This document shows, one piece after another, positions 7,980-15,634 of a stretch of DNA of 36,226 nt. How positions within the stretch are numbered: the stretch's first letter is position 1; every line of letters begins with the position of its first letter. Below the pieces are notes generated by a model. It saw nothing but the letters and a program-made list of their open reading frames with translations, made no database searches and was not told the origin of the DNA. The position numbers and the translations under genes are program-made. This DNA comes from Thermoplasmata archaeon (GTDB lineage Archaea > Thermoplasmatota > Thermoplasmata > Thermoplasmatales > GCA-001856825): contig JAKBNO010000052.1 of NCBI GenBank assembly GCA_021831005.1, positions 1-36,226 on the forward strand. Direction: 5' to 3'.

Positions 7980-10900
7980 TCACGGAACAACTTTTTCTAT
8001 ACTTATCTTGAGTTCGAGCCCAGATATATCCCAAACCTTGTCCAATCCTCCAACCGATGATTTTTCCTCTGCCTGAGTGCTTGAAAGTATGTATTCTTTG
8101 AAAGACGAAAACGCCTCCATCAGAGATTCATCTCCCTCGATCCGCAGATAGATTCTGTCGGTGTAATCCAGATTCGCATCCTTTCGCATGCTCTGAATTC
8201 TTCTCACCATCTCTCGGGCCAAACCTTCAAGATATAGTTTCTTGTCGAACTCCTTGTTTATCAGTATCCTGAGATCTGAAGTATCGTCGGATACAAATCT
8301 CTCGTCAAGGTGTTCCTTGGTGTCGACGTTCTCATTAGTTATGGTCTTGCCTAGCACAGTGACCGTTCCGGATTTCTTGAATTCTAGCTGGTTTTCACTC
8401 CTTCCAAATTCCGCTTCTGCAGCGGCTAGATCCTTTCCAAAGATTCTGCCTGTGGATTTCTTGTCCAGAACGTGTTCTTGTTTTAGGTAGGATTTCAGAT
8501 CTGCTGCCAGTAAGTCCTTCGTGTTCAGTTCCTTCTTGATCAGGTCGCTGAACTTTTCCATCACCCTTCCATACTCGGGATCGGTCACAACGATCTCTTT
8601 GACTGGTCTTCTCAAGATCAGACCATTCTTCTGTCTTATTCTCCTGCCTGATTCTACTATTTCTTTTACCAGATTCATTTCTTCTATTACCGAACTATCA
8701 AATTCTTCTTCCACAGGGAATTCAGAAAGGTGAACTGACTTAGCACCGTTCAATTTCATGAAAAGATATTCCGAGAAAAATGGAGTGAATGGTGCAAGCA
8801 TTTTTGTGATGCTGTTCAGTGCCTCATAGGCAACAAAGTATGATGACTTCTTAGCATCTGTGACATCCTTACTCCAGAAAGTATCTCTGGAAAGTCTCAA
8901 GTACCATTGTGATAAATCCAGCACAAGATCCTTTATGTCGTCCAGCGCAAGATGTGGATCATATTCGTCCATATGTTTTGTTACTGACGATATGCATTCC
9001 TTGGTCCTGTTGAGCATCCACTTGTCGAGGTCCGAAACCAATTTCTCCTTCTTTGGGCGCCAATTGTCCAATCTTGCATTGGTGGAGAACAGTAAATAAG
9101 AATTATAAATTGTTCCTAGCAATTTCCTGGAAAACTCAACTGAAACCTCTTCCGAGAATCTCTTTGGCTTCCACGGAGGGCCCTGGAAAAAGAACAGTCT
9201 GAGTGAGTCTGTTCCTATTCTGTCCATTATCTGGAGGGGATCCACTTGATCTCCTCGGGATTTGCTCATCTTTTCTCCCTTGGAGTTCAGAACGAATTCC
9301 ATCACCACGACATTCTTGTAGGCATTCCTGTCAAAGAGCAAGGAAGATATCACGTGGAGTGAATAGAACCAGCCCCTCGTCTGATCCATCGCCTCAGTTA
9401 TGAAATCAACCGGACTGTTCTCCTTGAATAATTCCTGATTTTCAAATGGGTAGTGATATTGTGCAAAGAAGGCAGAACCTGAATCGAACCAGGTATCGAT
9501 CGGGTACGGTTCGCGTATCATTTCTGCATCGCACTCTTGACACTTTACCTTCACTTCGTCAACTTTTGGCCTGTGAAGTTCAAAATTTTCTGGTACGTAC
9601 GTCGAGTTATCCAGCAACTCCTTCTTGCTTCCTGGCACGAAGACGTGATTGTTCTTGCACGTCCACACAGGAAGGGGTGTTCCCCAGAACCTGTTCCTCG
9701 ACAAAGCCCAATCCTTCCCCTCCTCTAAGAAATTTCCGAACCTTCCGTCTCGTATGTAATCTGGCTTCCAGTTCACCCTCTTGTTGTATTCTACAACCTT
9801 TTCCTTGACCTTTGATACTCCGATGAACCAGGATTCAACTGGATAGAATATCAGGCGAGTGTCACATCTCCAACAGAAAGGGTAGGAGTGAGATGTCTTT
9901 TCCGTCTTGATCATCTGGCCCCTCTCATTGAGATATTCGATGATCCTATCACTTGCAGTCTGCACATCAAGCCCTTTCCAGGGAGATTCCAGAGATATCT
10001 TTCCTGCCTCGTCGACGGTGACATAAAGCTCTCCCTTCTCCTTCTTCAAAACTGCATAGTCGTCCGCACCAAAAGCAGGCGCTTGATGCACTATTCCTGA
10101 GCCATCTTCCTTTGTGACGAAATCGCCCGCCACTACATACAGTCCAGTATTGACCCTGAGTATAGGAATCAGTTGTTCGTACTTTGTTCCTACGAAAAAA
10201 GATCCAGGTTTGCTGTCAAGAATTTCGTATTTCTTTAATACCATCTTGGCTCTCTCTTCTACCACCCAGATTTTTTCCCCCTTATAGTTGACCAATAAGT
10301 AATTGAAATTTGGGTTAACTGCGAGATACTCGTTTGCGGGAAGAGTCCACGGAGTTGTGGTCCAGACGAGGAAATATTCATCCTTTCCCGTTATCTTGAA
10401 TTTTACGTATATCGAGAAGTCATCGACTTCCTTGTAACCTTGAGATACTTCGTGTGCGCTGAGAGTGGTTCCACACCTGGGACAATAAGGGGATATCCTG
10501 AAGTCCTTGAACAGTAGGCCCTTCTTGTATAGTTCCTTAAGCGCCCACCATTCGCTCTCAATGTACTCGTCCTTCATGGTGATGTACGCCCTGTCGTAAT
10601 CGACCCAGAAACCCAGTCTCTTGGATGCTTCTGCCCAAATCTTGACGTACTCAAATACACTCTCCTTACAGAGAGCGTTGAACTTTGAAACCCCCAGTTT
10701 TTCTATCTCTGCCTTGTTCTTTATTCCCAGTTTCTTCTCCACCTCAATCTCAACCGGCAACCCGTGGCAGTCCCATCCTGCAATACGCGGATCGATGTAG
10801 AACCCCTTCATTGTCTTGTATCTGAGGAACAGATCTTTCATCGCCCTTGTCTCTGCGTGTCCTATGTGGGGTGGACCATTTGCGGTTGGAGGGCCCTCGA

Positions 10901-11030
10901 CAAACGAAAACCTTCGCTTCCCTCTATTTACTGCGAAGGACAGCTGCATGATGTTTTCTCTTTCCCAGTATTCAGATACTTCTTTCTCTATCTGCAGCGA
11001 GTCGAAGGATTGAGGAAGTTCGTCCAACAT
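7980..11030 (-). CDS. ileS: Isoleucyl-tRNA synthetase
   Basis: This is a class I aaRS with the HIGH-type motif PPHIGHA and KMSKS (KMSKSRGD). Its size of about 1016 aa is typical of archaeal IleRS. The ORF is open to 11105. ATG 11030 (MLDELPQSFDSLQIEKEVSEYW) matches the usual N-terminus. A minus-strand TATA-like AAAAATTATC (11055-11064) lies about 29 nt upstream. Confidence 0.93.
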   Translation of the reverse strand: MLDELPQSFDSLQIEKEVSEYWERENIMQLSFAVNRGKRRFSFVEGPPTANGPPHIGHAETRAMKDLFLRYKTMKGFYIDPRIAGWDCHGLPVEIEVEKKLGIKNKAEIEKLGVSKFNALCKESVFEYVKIWAEASKRLGFWVDYDRAYITMKDEYIESEWWALKELYKKGLLFKDFRISPYCPRCGTTLSAHEVSQGYKEVDDFSIYVKFKITGKDEYFLVWTTTPWTLPANEYLAVNPNFNYLLVNYKGEKIWVVEERAKMVLKKYEILDSKPGSFFVGTKYEQLIPILRVNTGLYVVAGDFVTKEDGSGIVHQAPAFGADDYAVLKKEKGELYVTVDEAGKISLESPWKGLDVQTASDRIIEYLNERGQMIKTEKTSHSYPFCWRCDTRLIFYPVESWFIGVSKVKEKVVEYNKRVNWKPDYIRDGRFGNFLEEGKDWALSRNRFWGTPLPVWTCKNNHVFVPGSKKELLDNSTYVPENFELHRPKVDEVKVKCQECDAEMIREPYPIDTWFDSGSAFFAQYHYPFENQELFKENSPVDFITEAMDQTRGWFYSLHVISSLLFDRNAYKNVVVMEFVLNSKGEKMSKSRGDQVDPLQIMDRIGTDSLRLFFFQGPPWKPKRFSEEVSVEFSRKLLGTIYNSYLLFSTNARLDNWRPKKEKLVSDLDKWMLNRTKECISSVTKHMDEYDPHLALDDIKDLVLDLSQWYLRLSRDTFWSKDVTDAKKSSYFVAYEALNSITKMLAPFTPFFSEYLFMKLNGAKSVHLSEFPVEEEFDSSVIEEMNLVKEIVESGRRIRQKNGLILRRPVKEIVVTDPEYGRVMEKFSDLIKKELNTKDLLAADLKSYLKQEHVLDKKSTGRIFGKDLAAAEAEFGRSENQLEFKKSGTVTVLGKTITNENVDTKEHLDERFVSDDTSDLRILINKEFDKKLYLEGLAREMVRRIQSMRKDANLDYTDRIYLRIEGDESLMEAFSSFKEYILSSTQAEEKSSVGGLDKVWDISGLELKISIEKVVP

Positions 11031-11104
11031 AAGCAACTTTATGTGCATCAGATTGATAATTTTTGTCCATTGTTTTCGATTCTCTATACAATCTTGGGCC
11101 GACA

Positions 11105-11419
11105 ATGAATACGATCTCGTTTCTAATCCTGAATCACGGTTTCACTTTCATGCTAGTCATCTTTGCAATAAGTGGAATCGGTTCAGCTATAGCATTCTCA
11201 AAACTCCTAGCTTACACATCAAAGAGTTCGTCAGCAGCCCAGGGGGTGTTCGATTATGAACTGTTCTTCGGGCTTGGTTTCATTTATGGAAGCCTTGGAG
11301 GGGGCTGGCTGTTCCAATACTTTGGCTTTCTGGCTGCAATAATCGTCTTCATACCTTCCCTGGAATATGGAATAGTGCTTCCCGGAATATCCAGACGAGG
11401 TTCGCCCACACCGGTTTGA
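11105..11419 (+). CDS. Hypothetical small membrane protein (3 predicted TM), resembles the C-terminal helices of an MFS transporter
   Basis: The ORF is hydrophobic and Gly-rich (GLGFIYGSLGGGWLFQYFGFLAAIIVFIP). The ORF track starts at TTG 11063, and the first ATG is 11105. It is only about 104 aa, so it may be a remnant. Confidence 0.4.
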   Translation: MNTISFLILNHGFTFMLVIFAISGIGSAIAFSKLLAYTSKSSSAAQGVFDYELFFGLGFIYGSLGGGWLFQYFGFLAAIIVFIPSLEYGIVLPGISRRGSPTPV

Positions 11420-11610
11420 TGGATCAATTCCCATTGATTTTTTCGCAACCCGTTTCAAGCAAATAATTTAGTCGTAAGATTCACCAGTTGCTTTAGGAAA
11501 ATTTGCTCCTTTGTATATATGAAGTAGTGTGTCAAAGTATCGGGGGGCAAATTCCCTCTTGACCTTTCGGCACGCTGACTATGTCGTATCTGGTCTCCAA
11601 TGAATAAACG

Positions 11611-11619
11611 CTTAAATAC
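11611..11619 (+). promoter_or_regulatory. TATA-box-like element for rpl44e operon
   Basis: CTTAAATAC predicts a TSS near 11641. A Shine-Dalgarno-like GGTGG (11646-11650) lies 5 nt before TTG 11656. Confidence 0.4.
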
Positions 11620-11655
11620 GCAGTCCAAATTCAGCTTGCAACATCGGTGGTATAA

Positions 11656-11943
11656 TTGAAGTTACCTAGAAAGATTATGAGATATTGCCCTCATTGTAAG
11701 AAACATACTCAGCAGGAAGTCGAGAGAGTAAAGAAAAAGAAGGCTAGTGAGATGAGAAAGGGACAGAGGCGCTTCAGAAGGGTTACCTCTGGTTATGGAG
11801 GTTTCCCCAGGCCAGTCTACGAGGGAAGGGAGAAACCGACCAAGAGAATCAATATCAGATACAGATGTCTGGAATGCAAGAAGGCCTACCATTCTCCTAC
11901 CTGGAGAGCAAAGAAGTTCGAACTAGCGGAGGTCGAAGCGTAG
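11656..11943 (+). CDS. rpl44e: 50S ribosomal protein L44e (eL42)
   Basis: MKLPRKIMRYCPHCKKHT...YRCLECKKAY is the CxxC...CxxC zinc ribbon of L44e. The TTG start is supported by the upstream GGTGG and by N-terminal length. Confidence 0.93.
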   Translation: MKLPRKIMRYCPHCKKHTQQEVERVKKKKASEMRKGQRRFRRVTSGYGGFPRPVYEGREKPTKRINIRYRCLECKKAYHSPTWRAKKFELAEVEA

Positions 11944-11952
11944 GTGCCAACA

Positions 11953-12132
11953 ATGATTAAGGGAATGGACAAGTCTTTCATCAAGATAAAATGCCCGGAC
12001 TGCGGCACAGAGACCCTCACGTATGCAAGAGGCTCGACAGAGGTCAAGTGCCAGGTCTGCAACACAGTACTCGCGAAACCAACTGGCGGAAAGTACGAAG
12101 TGAATGGACAGATAGTTGGAGAATTTAAATGA
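11953..12132 (+). CDS. rps27e: 30S ribosomal protein S27e
   Basis: FIKIKCPDCGTETL...VKCQVCNTVLAKPTGGK is the S27e zinc ribbon. GGTG lies 6 nt upstream of ATG 11953. Alternative starts are GTG 11944 and ATG 11965. Confidence 0.93.
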   Translation: MIKGMDKSFIKIKCPDCGTETLTYARGSTEVKCQVCNTVLAKPTGGKYEVNGQIVGEFK

Positions 12133-12887
12133 AGAAGAACGATCCAGAGATTGGAGATCTCGCCGTTTGCACGGTCAAGGAAGTGCGCGATTTTGGAGTG
12201 ATATGCAGTCTGGATGAATTCCCTGGAAAGGAGGGTTTCATTCACATCACGGAGGTCTCGTCTGGCTGGATCAAATACATAAGGGATTACGTTAGAGAGG
12301 GAAAGAGGGTAGTCTGCAAGGTCCTGGATGCGAACCCTTCCAGGGGAAGGTTCGATCTCTCACTTAGGAGGGTAAACGACCATCAAAAGAGAGAAAAACT
12401 CAAAGAGTGGAAGAACGAGCAGAGGGCAGAGAAGATACTGGCAAATCTTTCAACCCAGTATCCTGGAAAATTGGACAAGTCCGTCGCAGTAGAGGAGATG
12501 GAGGAAAAGTTCGGATCGCTTGCGTATGCCCTGGAGGTAGCTGCGGTTGAACCAGAGCAGTTCTCAGCGGACCTGAAAAACAAGGAGTGGGCCACCGTCA
12601 TAATAGACTATGCAAAGGAAAATCTCAAACCACCTGTGGCAGAAGTGAGAGGAATTTTGAGATTGAAAGATAGTTCTGGAAACGGTATAGAAGTCATTAA
12701 GAACGCGCTGAAAGGTGGGGAGAGAGAGGGTATTGAGATTACCTACCTCGGAGCACCCCAGTACAGGATCATTTCGCGCGCTGAAGATGCGAAGATTGCG
12801 GAAGAGAACATGAAAAAGAGTGGCGAAGACATAATATCCTACCTCAAGAAGCACGGTGGGATAGGCGAGGGACCAGTGAAAGAGTGA
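12129..12887 (+). CDS. eif2a: Translation initiation factor aIF-2 alpha subunit
   Basis: The N-terminal S1 domain reads GDLAVCTVKEVRDFGVICSLDEF..GFIHITEVSSGWI. It has an ATGA overlap with rps27e and conserved synteny. Confidence 0.92.
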   Translation: MKKNDPEIGDLAVCTVKEVRDFGVICSLDEFPGKEGFIHITEVSSGWIKYIRDYVREGKRVVCKVLDANPSRGRFDLSLRRVNDHQKREKLKEWKNEQRAEKILANLSTQYPGKLDKSVAVEEMEEKFGSLAYALEVAAVEPEQFSADLKNKEWATVIIDYAKENLKPPVAEVRGILRLKDSSGNGIEVIKNALKGGEREGIEITYLGAPQYRIISRAEDAKIAEENMKKSGEDIISYLKKHGGIGEGPVKE

Positions 12888-13045
12888 AAAGTCTTATTTT
12901 CAAGTGCACAGCTTGCAATGGCTATACGCTGGAAGGAAAATGCCCAAAGTGTGGTTCTTCAACCAAGTCAACAATTCCCCCGAGATTCTCGCCACAAGAT
13001 AAATATGGAAAGTACAGGTTGAAGATGCTGTATGGGAAGGAGTGA
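12884..13045 (+). CDS. nop10: H/ACA RNP protein Nop10
   Basis: This ORF is not in the ORF track (53 aa). It has a GTG start overlapping the eif2a stop (GTGA). Manual translation gives VKSLIFKCTACNGYTLEGKCPKCGSSTKSTIPPRFSPQDKYGKYRLKMLYGKE. That sequence has the Nop10 zinc ribbon and the PPRFSP.D.YG.YR motif. Confidence 0.88.
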   Translation: MKSLIFKCTACNGYTLEGKCPKCGSSTKSTIPPRFSPQDKYGKYRLKMLYGKE

Positions 13046-13049
13046 AAAA

Positions 13050-13802
13050 ATGGAAAGTGTAATCATTCGAATGGTAGACAACGTGAAGTTAAAGAATTCG
13101 GTATTGATTGTTGGACTCCCGGGAATCGGGAATGTCGGAAAGATAACTGCGGATTTCCTTATAGAGAGCATTAAGGCAAAGAAGCTCGCAGACGTATTCT
13201 CTCATCACCTGCCCCCACAGGTACTGATGAACGAAGATGCCCTTGCCAGACTGGTAAGGAATGAACTGTACTACAAGAAGAGAAAGGAAGGGGACATCAT
13301 ATTCTTCACCGGAGATTTCCAGGGACTCACTTCACAGGGACAGTACGAGATATGCTACAAAGTCCTGGAACTGGGGACCAAGCTAGATGTCAAGCGGATC
13401 ATAACGCTTGGAGGTTACCAGATAGGCAAGCTCATGGAGCTCCCTAGAGTGCTCGGAGCATATACTTCTAAAGAAGTGAAAGAAGAAGTGGAGAAACTGG
13501 GCGTCATATTCTCAAAGAATGAACCCGGAGGAGGCATCGTCGGAGGGGCAGGTCTTTTCCTCGGAATGGGACAGGAACTGTTCGAACTGCCTGGAGTCTG
13601 CCTGATGGGAGAAACTTCTGGCTACTTCACGGACCCCAAATCGGCGAAACAGGTCACAAAGATACTGGTGGATTATCTCAAGCTGGGAACTGACACAGCA
13701 AGCTTGGACGAGCGGATAAAAGAAATAGAGGACATAACGACCAGGATGATAGAGAACCCCTCACCTGAAGAAAGAAAAGAGGACCTGGGATATTTCGGAT
13801 AA
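13050..13802 (+). CDS. Proteasome assembly chaperone (PAC2/COG1938) family protein
   Basis: LIVGLPGIGNVGKITADFLIE and ITLGG are typical of the PAC2 family. It occupies the conserved position after nop10. ATG 13050 is preferred, and the ORF track starts at 13032. Confidence 0.8.
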   Translation: MESVIIRMVDNVKLKNSVLIVGLPGIGNVGKITADFLIESIKAKKLADVFSHHLPPQVLMNEDALARLVRNELYYKKRKEGDIIFFTGDFQGLTSQGQYEICYKVLELGTKLDVKRIITLGGYQIGKLMELPRVLGAYTSKEVKEEVEKLGVIFSKNEPGGGIVGGAGLFLGMGQELFELPGVCLMGETSGYFTDPKSAKQVTKILVDYLKLGTDTASLDERIKEIEDITTRMIENPSPEERKEDLGYFG

Positions 13803-13816
13803 GGAAGCTCATCCGA

Positions 13817-13860
13817 TTTATTTTACTCTTTTTTAAGCACAATCTTTTCAGGAAGATTGT
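13817..13860. terminator. Convergent terminator region: oligo-T tracts plus a perfect 8-bp-stem hairpin
   Basis: TTTATTTT (13817-13824) and CTTTTTT (13828-13834) follow the PAC2 stop. ACAATCTT-ttcagg-AAGATTGT (13839-13860) is a perfect inverted repeat abutting the arsR stop. Confidence 0.45.
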
Positions 13861-14180
13861 TACTTCTCCAAGACATCCCCTATGAGATCTGAATGCCTTG
13901 GATTTATCGAATAATAAGTGAACTTCCATTTCTCTCTTCTCAGTAGCAGTCCGACTTCGTACAATTTGTGAAGATGAGAGGTCACCGTAGGCTGTGGCAA
14001 GCCAAGGGCTATTTCTAGGTCGCAGGCACAGACCTCTCCATACTCTAGCATAATGTCAAGTATGGCAATTCTAGAACCGTTCGCAAGTGCTGAAATCATC
14101 TCGGCAGATTTCTGATACTTCCTCGTATCGACTTTCTTGATGCCCTTGACTGTGCAGGTTCTCGAATCCTCACTTTTCAC
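13860..14180 (-). CDS. arsR: ArsR/SmtB-family metalloregulator
   Basis: It has a winged-HTH pattern with the metal-binding-type motif EVCACDL, followed by LGLPQPTVTSHLHKL. It overlaps the upstream acr3 gene by 11 nt. Confidence 0.85.
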   Translation of the reverse strand: MKSEDSRTCTVKGIKKVDTRKYQKSAEMISALANGSRIAILDIMLEYGEVCACDLEIALGLPQPTVTSHLHKLYEVGLLLRREKWKFTYYSINPRHSDLIGDVLEK

Positions 14181-15225
14181 CCAGAATCACTCCCTTGCTT
14201 GGGTCTGTCTTCATGATGCTGTTTCTTCTGGTCAGCTGCAACCAGACGAGCAACAGCATGAGCGGAATTTCAAGCAGGGGACCTATTGCAGTCGTGAATA
14301 TCACGTACGGGTACGCTGCAAATGCCACAATCGCTATGGCTATACTTATCTCAAAGTCCCTCGCTGAAACTGTGAAACCTATTGCAGTCGAATCGGGATA
14401 GTCGAACTTCGCTCTCTTTGCTGCATAATATCCCACATGAAAGAGCACGAAATAGAAGGAGAGCATGACAACGCCCACCATCCAAATCAGTGTTATGTGA
14501 TCCAGTATACCCGATCCCTCACTCCAGAAAATGCTGACGATTGTGAACATCAGGGCGAGTGTTTGCACAGTTCCCAGACCATTCAAGAACTTCGTAAAAT
14601 ATGGTTTTCGCCAAAGGAAATAACGTGTCAGCGTTCCGGCCACCAAAGGAGTCACAAGATACAAAATAACGCTCTGCAGGATCACCAGCGGATTGATAAT
14701 CAGTTGTGTCCGTGCAAGGAGATAGACCAGGAAAGGAGTAGTCAGGACCTGTATTATGGAATTCCATGCAACAAACGACACTCCAGCCGCTAGGTTGCCT
14801 TTTGCCAGATCTGTCCAAACCATGACCATAGCTATGCATGGGGCCACTCCGAGCAATATGATTCCCACAAGGACCTGTGACCCTACCTGTGTCCCAATGA
14901 ATCCAAACCGTTCGAATATGCCGAAGAAGAATAAATAAGCCAGTCCCGCGACCAGAAAGGGAGCAATAGCATAATTCAGGAAGACCATCAGGCCCAGTTT
15001 CCTAACATCCTTCATGCCTCCAAGAATTTCCTTTAGGTGCACCTTCGTCATCGCTGGGTAAATCATGAAGAAGAGACCGATCGGGATTCCAAAGGTCGAT
15101 ACGGTCCCGATCAGATTACTTCCTTTGAAACTCAACCCCAACCCCAGAATCATTGAAACTGCCACGAATACTGGAAAAAGTGTTGTTCTGAGAGGAAGTG
15201 ACCTTCGAACTCTAACTGAGTTCAC
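14170..15225 (-). CDS. acr3: ACR3-family arsenite efflux permease
   Basis: The 351-aa polytopic ORF has the conserved Cys motif LGVAPCIAMVMVW of ACR3/BART transporters. It is paired with arsR. It has a GTG start preceded by a GGAAGGGGG SD-like tract. Confidence 0.87.
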   Translation of the reverse strand: MNSVRVRRSLPLRTTLFPVFVAVSMILGLGLSFKGSNLIGTVSTFGIPIGLFFMIYPAMTKVHLKEILGGMKDVRKLGLMVFLNYAIAPFLVAGLAYLFFFGIFERFGFIGTQVGSQVLVGIILLGVAPCIAMVMVWTDLAKGNLAAGVSFVAWNSIIQVLTTPFLVYLLARTQLIINPLVILQSVILYLVTPLVAGTLTRYFLWRKPYFTKFLNGLGTVQTLALMFTIVSIFWSEGSGILDHITLIWMVGVVMLSFYFVLFHVGYYAAKRAKFDYPDSTAIGFTVSARDFEISIAIAIVAFAAYPYVIFTTAIGPLLEIPLMLLLVWLQLTRRNSIMKTDPSKGVILGEK

Positions 15226-15301
15226 AGACGCCCCCTTCCTTCGGTTTTATCCCAGAATTCGCAATGTATACAAGGATTCGGAACACACTTTTAAATCATA
15301 T

Positions 15302-15329
15302 TGTCATATTAATGTTTTATGATATGACA
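15302..15329. promoter_or_regulatory. Inverted repeat TGTCATAT-N12-ATATGACA, candidate ArsR operator
   Basis: The 8-bp arms were read directly and are perfect. The repeat lies 77-104 nt upstream of the acr3 start. It abuts a minus-strand TATA-like ATTTAAAA (15289-15296). The palindrome TGTATACA is at 15264-15271. Confidence 0.35.
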
Positions 15330-15392
15330 GCTTGGAAGTATTGCATCTTTACTGACGACTGGGTCCACAATGTAGCTACAAAAATGAGTTAA

Positions 15393-15402
15393 AAATTTAT
15401 AC
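15393..15402 (+). promoter_or_regulatory. TATA-box-like element for the 54-aa ORF
   Basis: AAATTTATAC is centred about 24 nt upstream of ATG 15422. Confidence 0.4.
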
Positions 15403-15421
15403 AGCATATTTATCAGCAGGC

Positions 15422-15586
15422 ATGGAAGAGCTACTCGTTCATTTCGATATTTATTCTGAAAATGCAAAGTTCTTTGCAAAAGTTAAGAGTGAAATGGGTG
15501 GCCTCAGAGAGTTTTCTGCAAGAAACATCGACAAGCTGATGGAACAAGTAATCATCGATGTCAGCGAGGAATTTGACAACTTATAG
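15422..15586 (+). CDS. Hypothetical 54-aa protein with HicB/DUF1902-like sequence pattern
   Basis: This ORF is not in the ORF track. Manual translation gives MEELLVHFDIYSENAKFFAKVKSEMGGLREFSARNIDKLMEQVIIDVSEEFDNL. The pattern is beta-beta-helix, as in small HicB-type antitoxin domains. The TATA element is at leaderless distance. Confidence 0.4.
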   Translation: MEELLVHFDIYSENAKFFAKVKSEMGGLREFSARNIDKLMEQVIIDVSEEFDNL

Positions 15587-15634
15587 ATCAGCCAACCGCT
15601 TATGAGTTCGTGATCTTTCCTACGGACTGACCTG

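Noticed and set aside
11031-11105. Longer ileS N-terminus (MSAQDCIENRKQWTKIINLMHIKLL...) from ATG 11105.
   Set aside because: The extra 25 residues have no counterpart in IleRS N-termini. They would overlap the divergent promoter region. ATG 11030 has TATA-like spacing.
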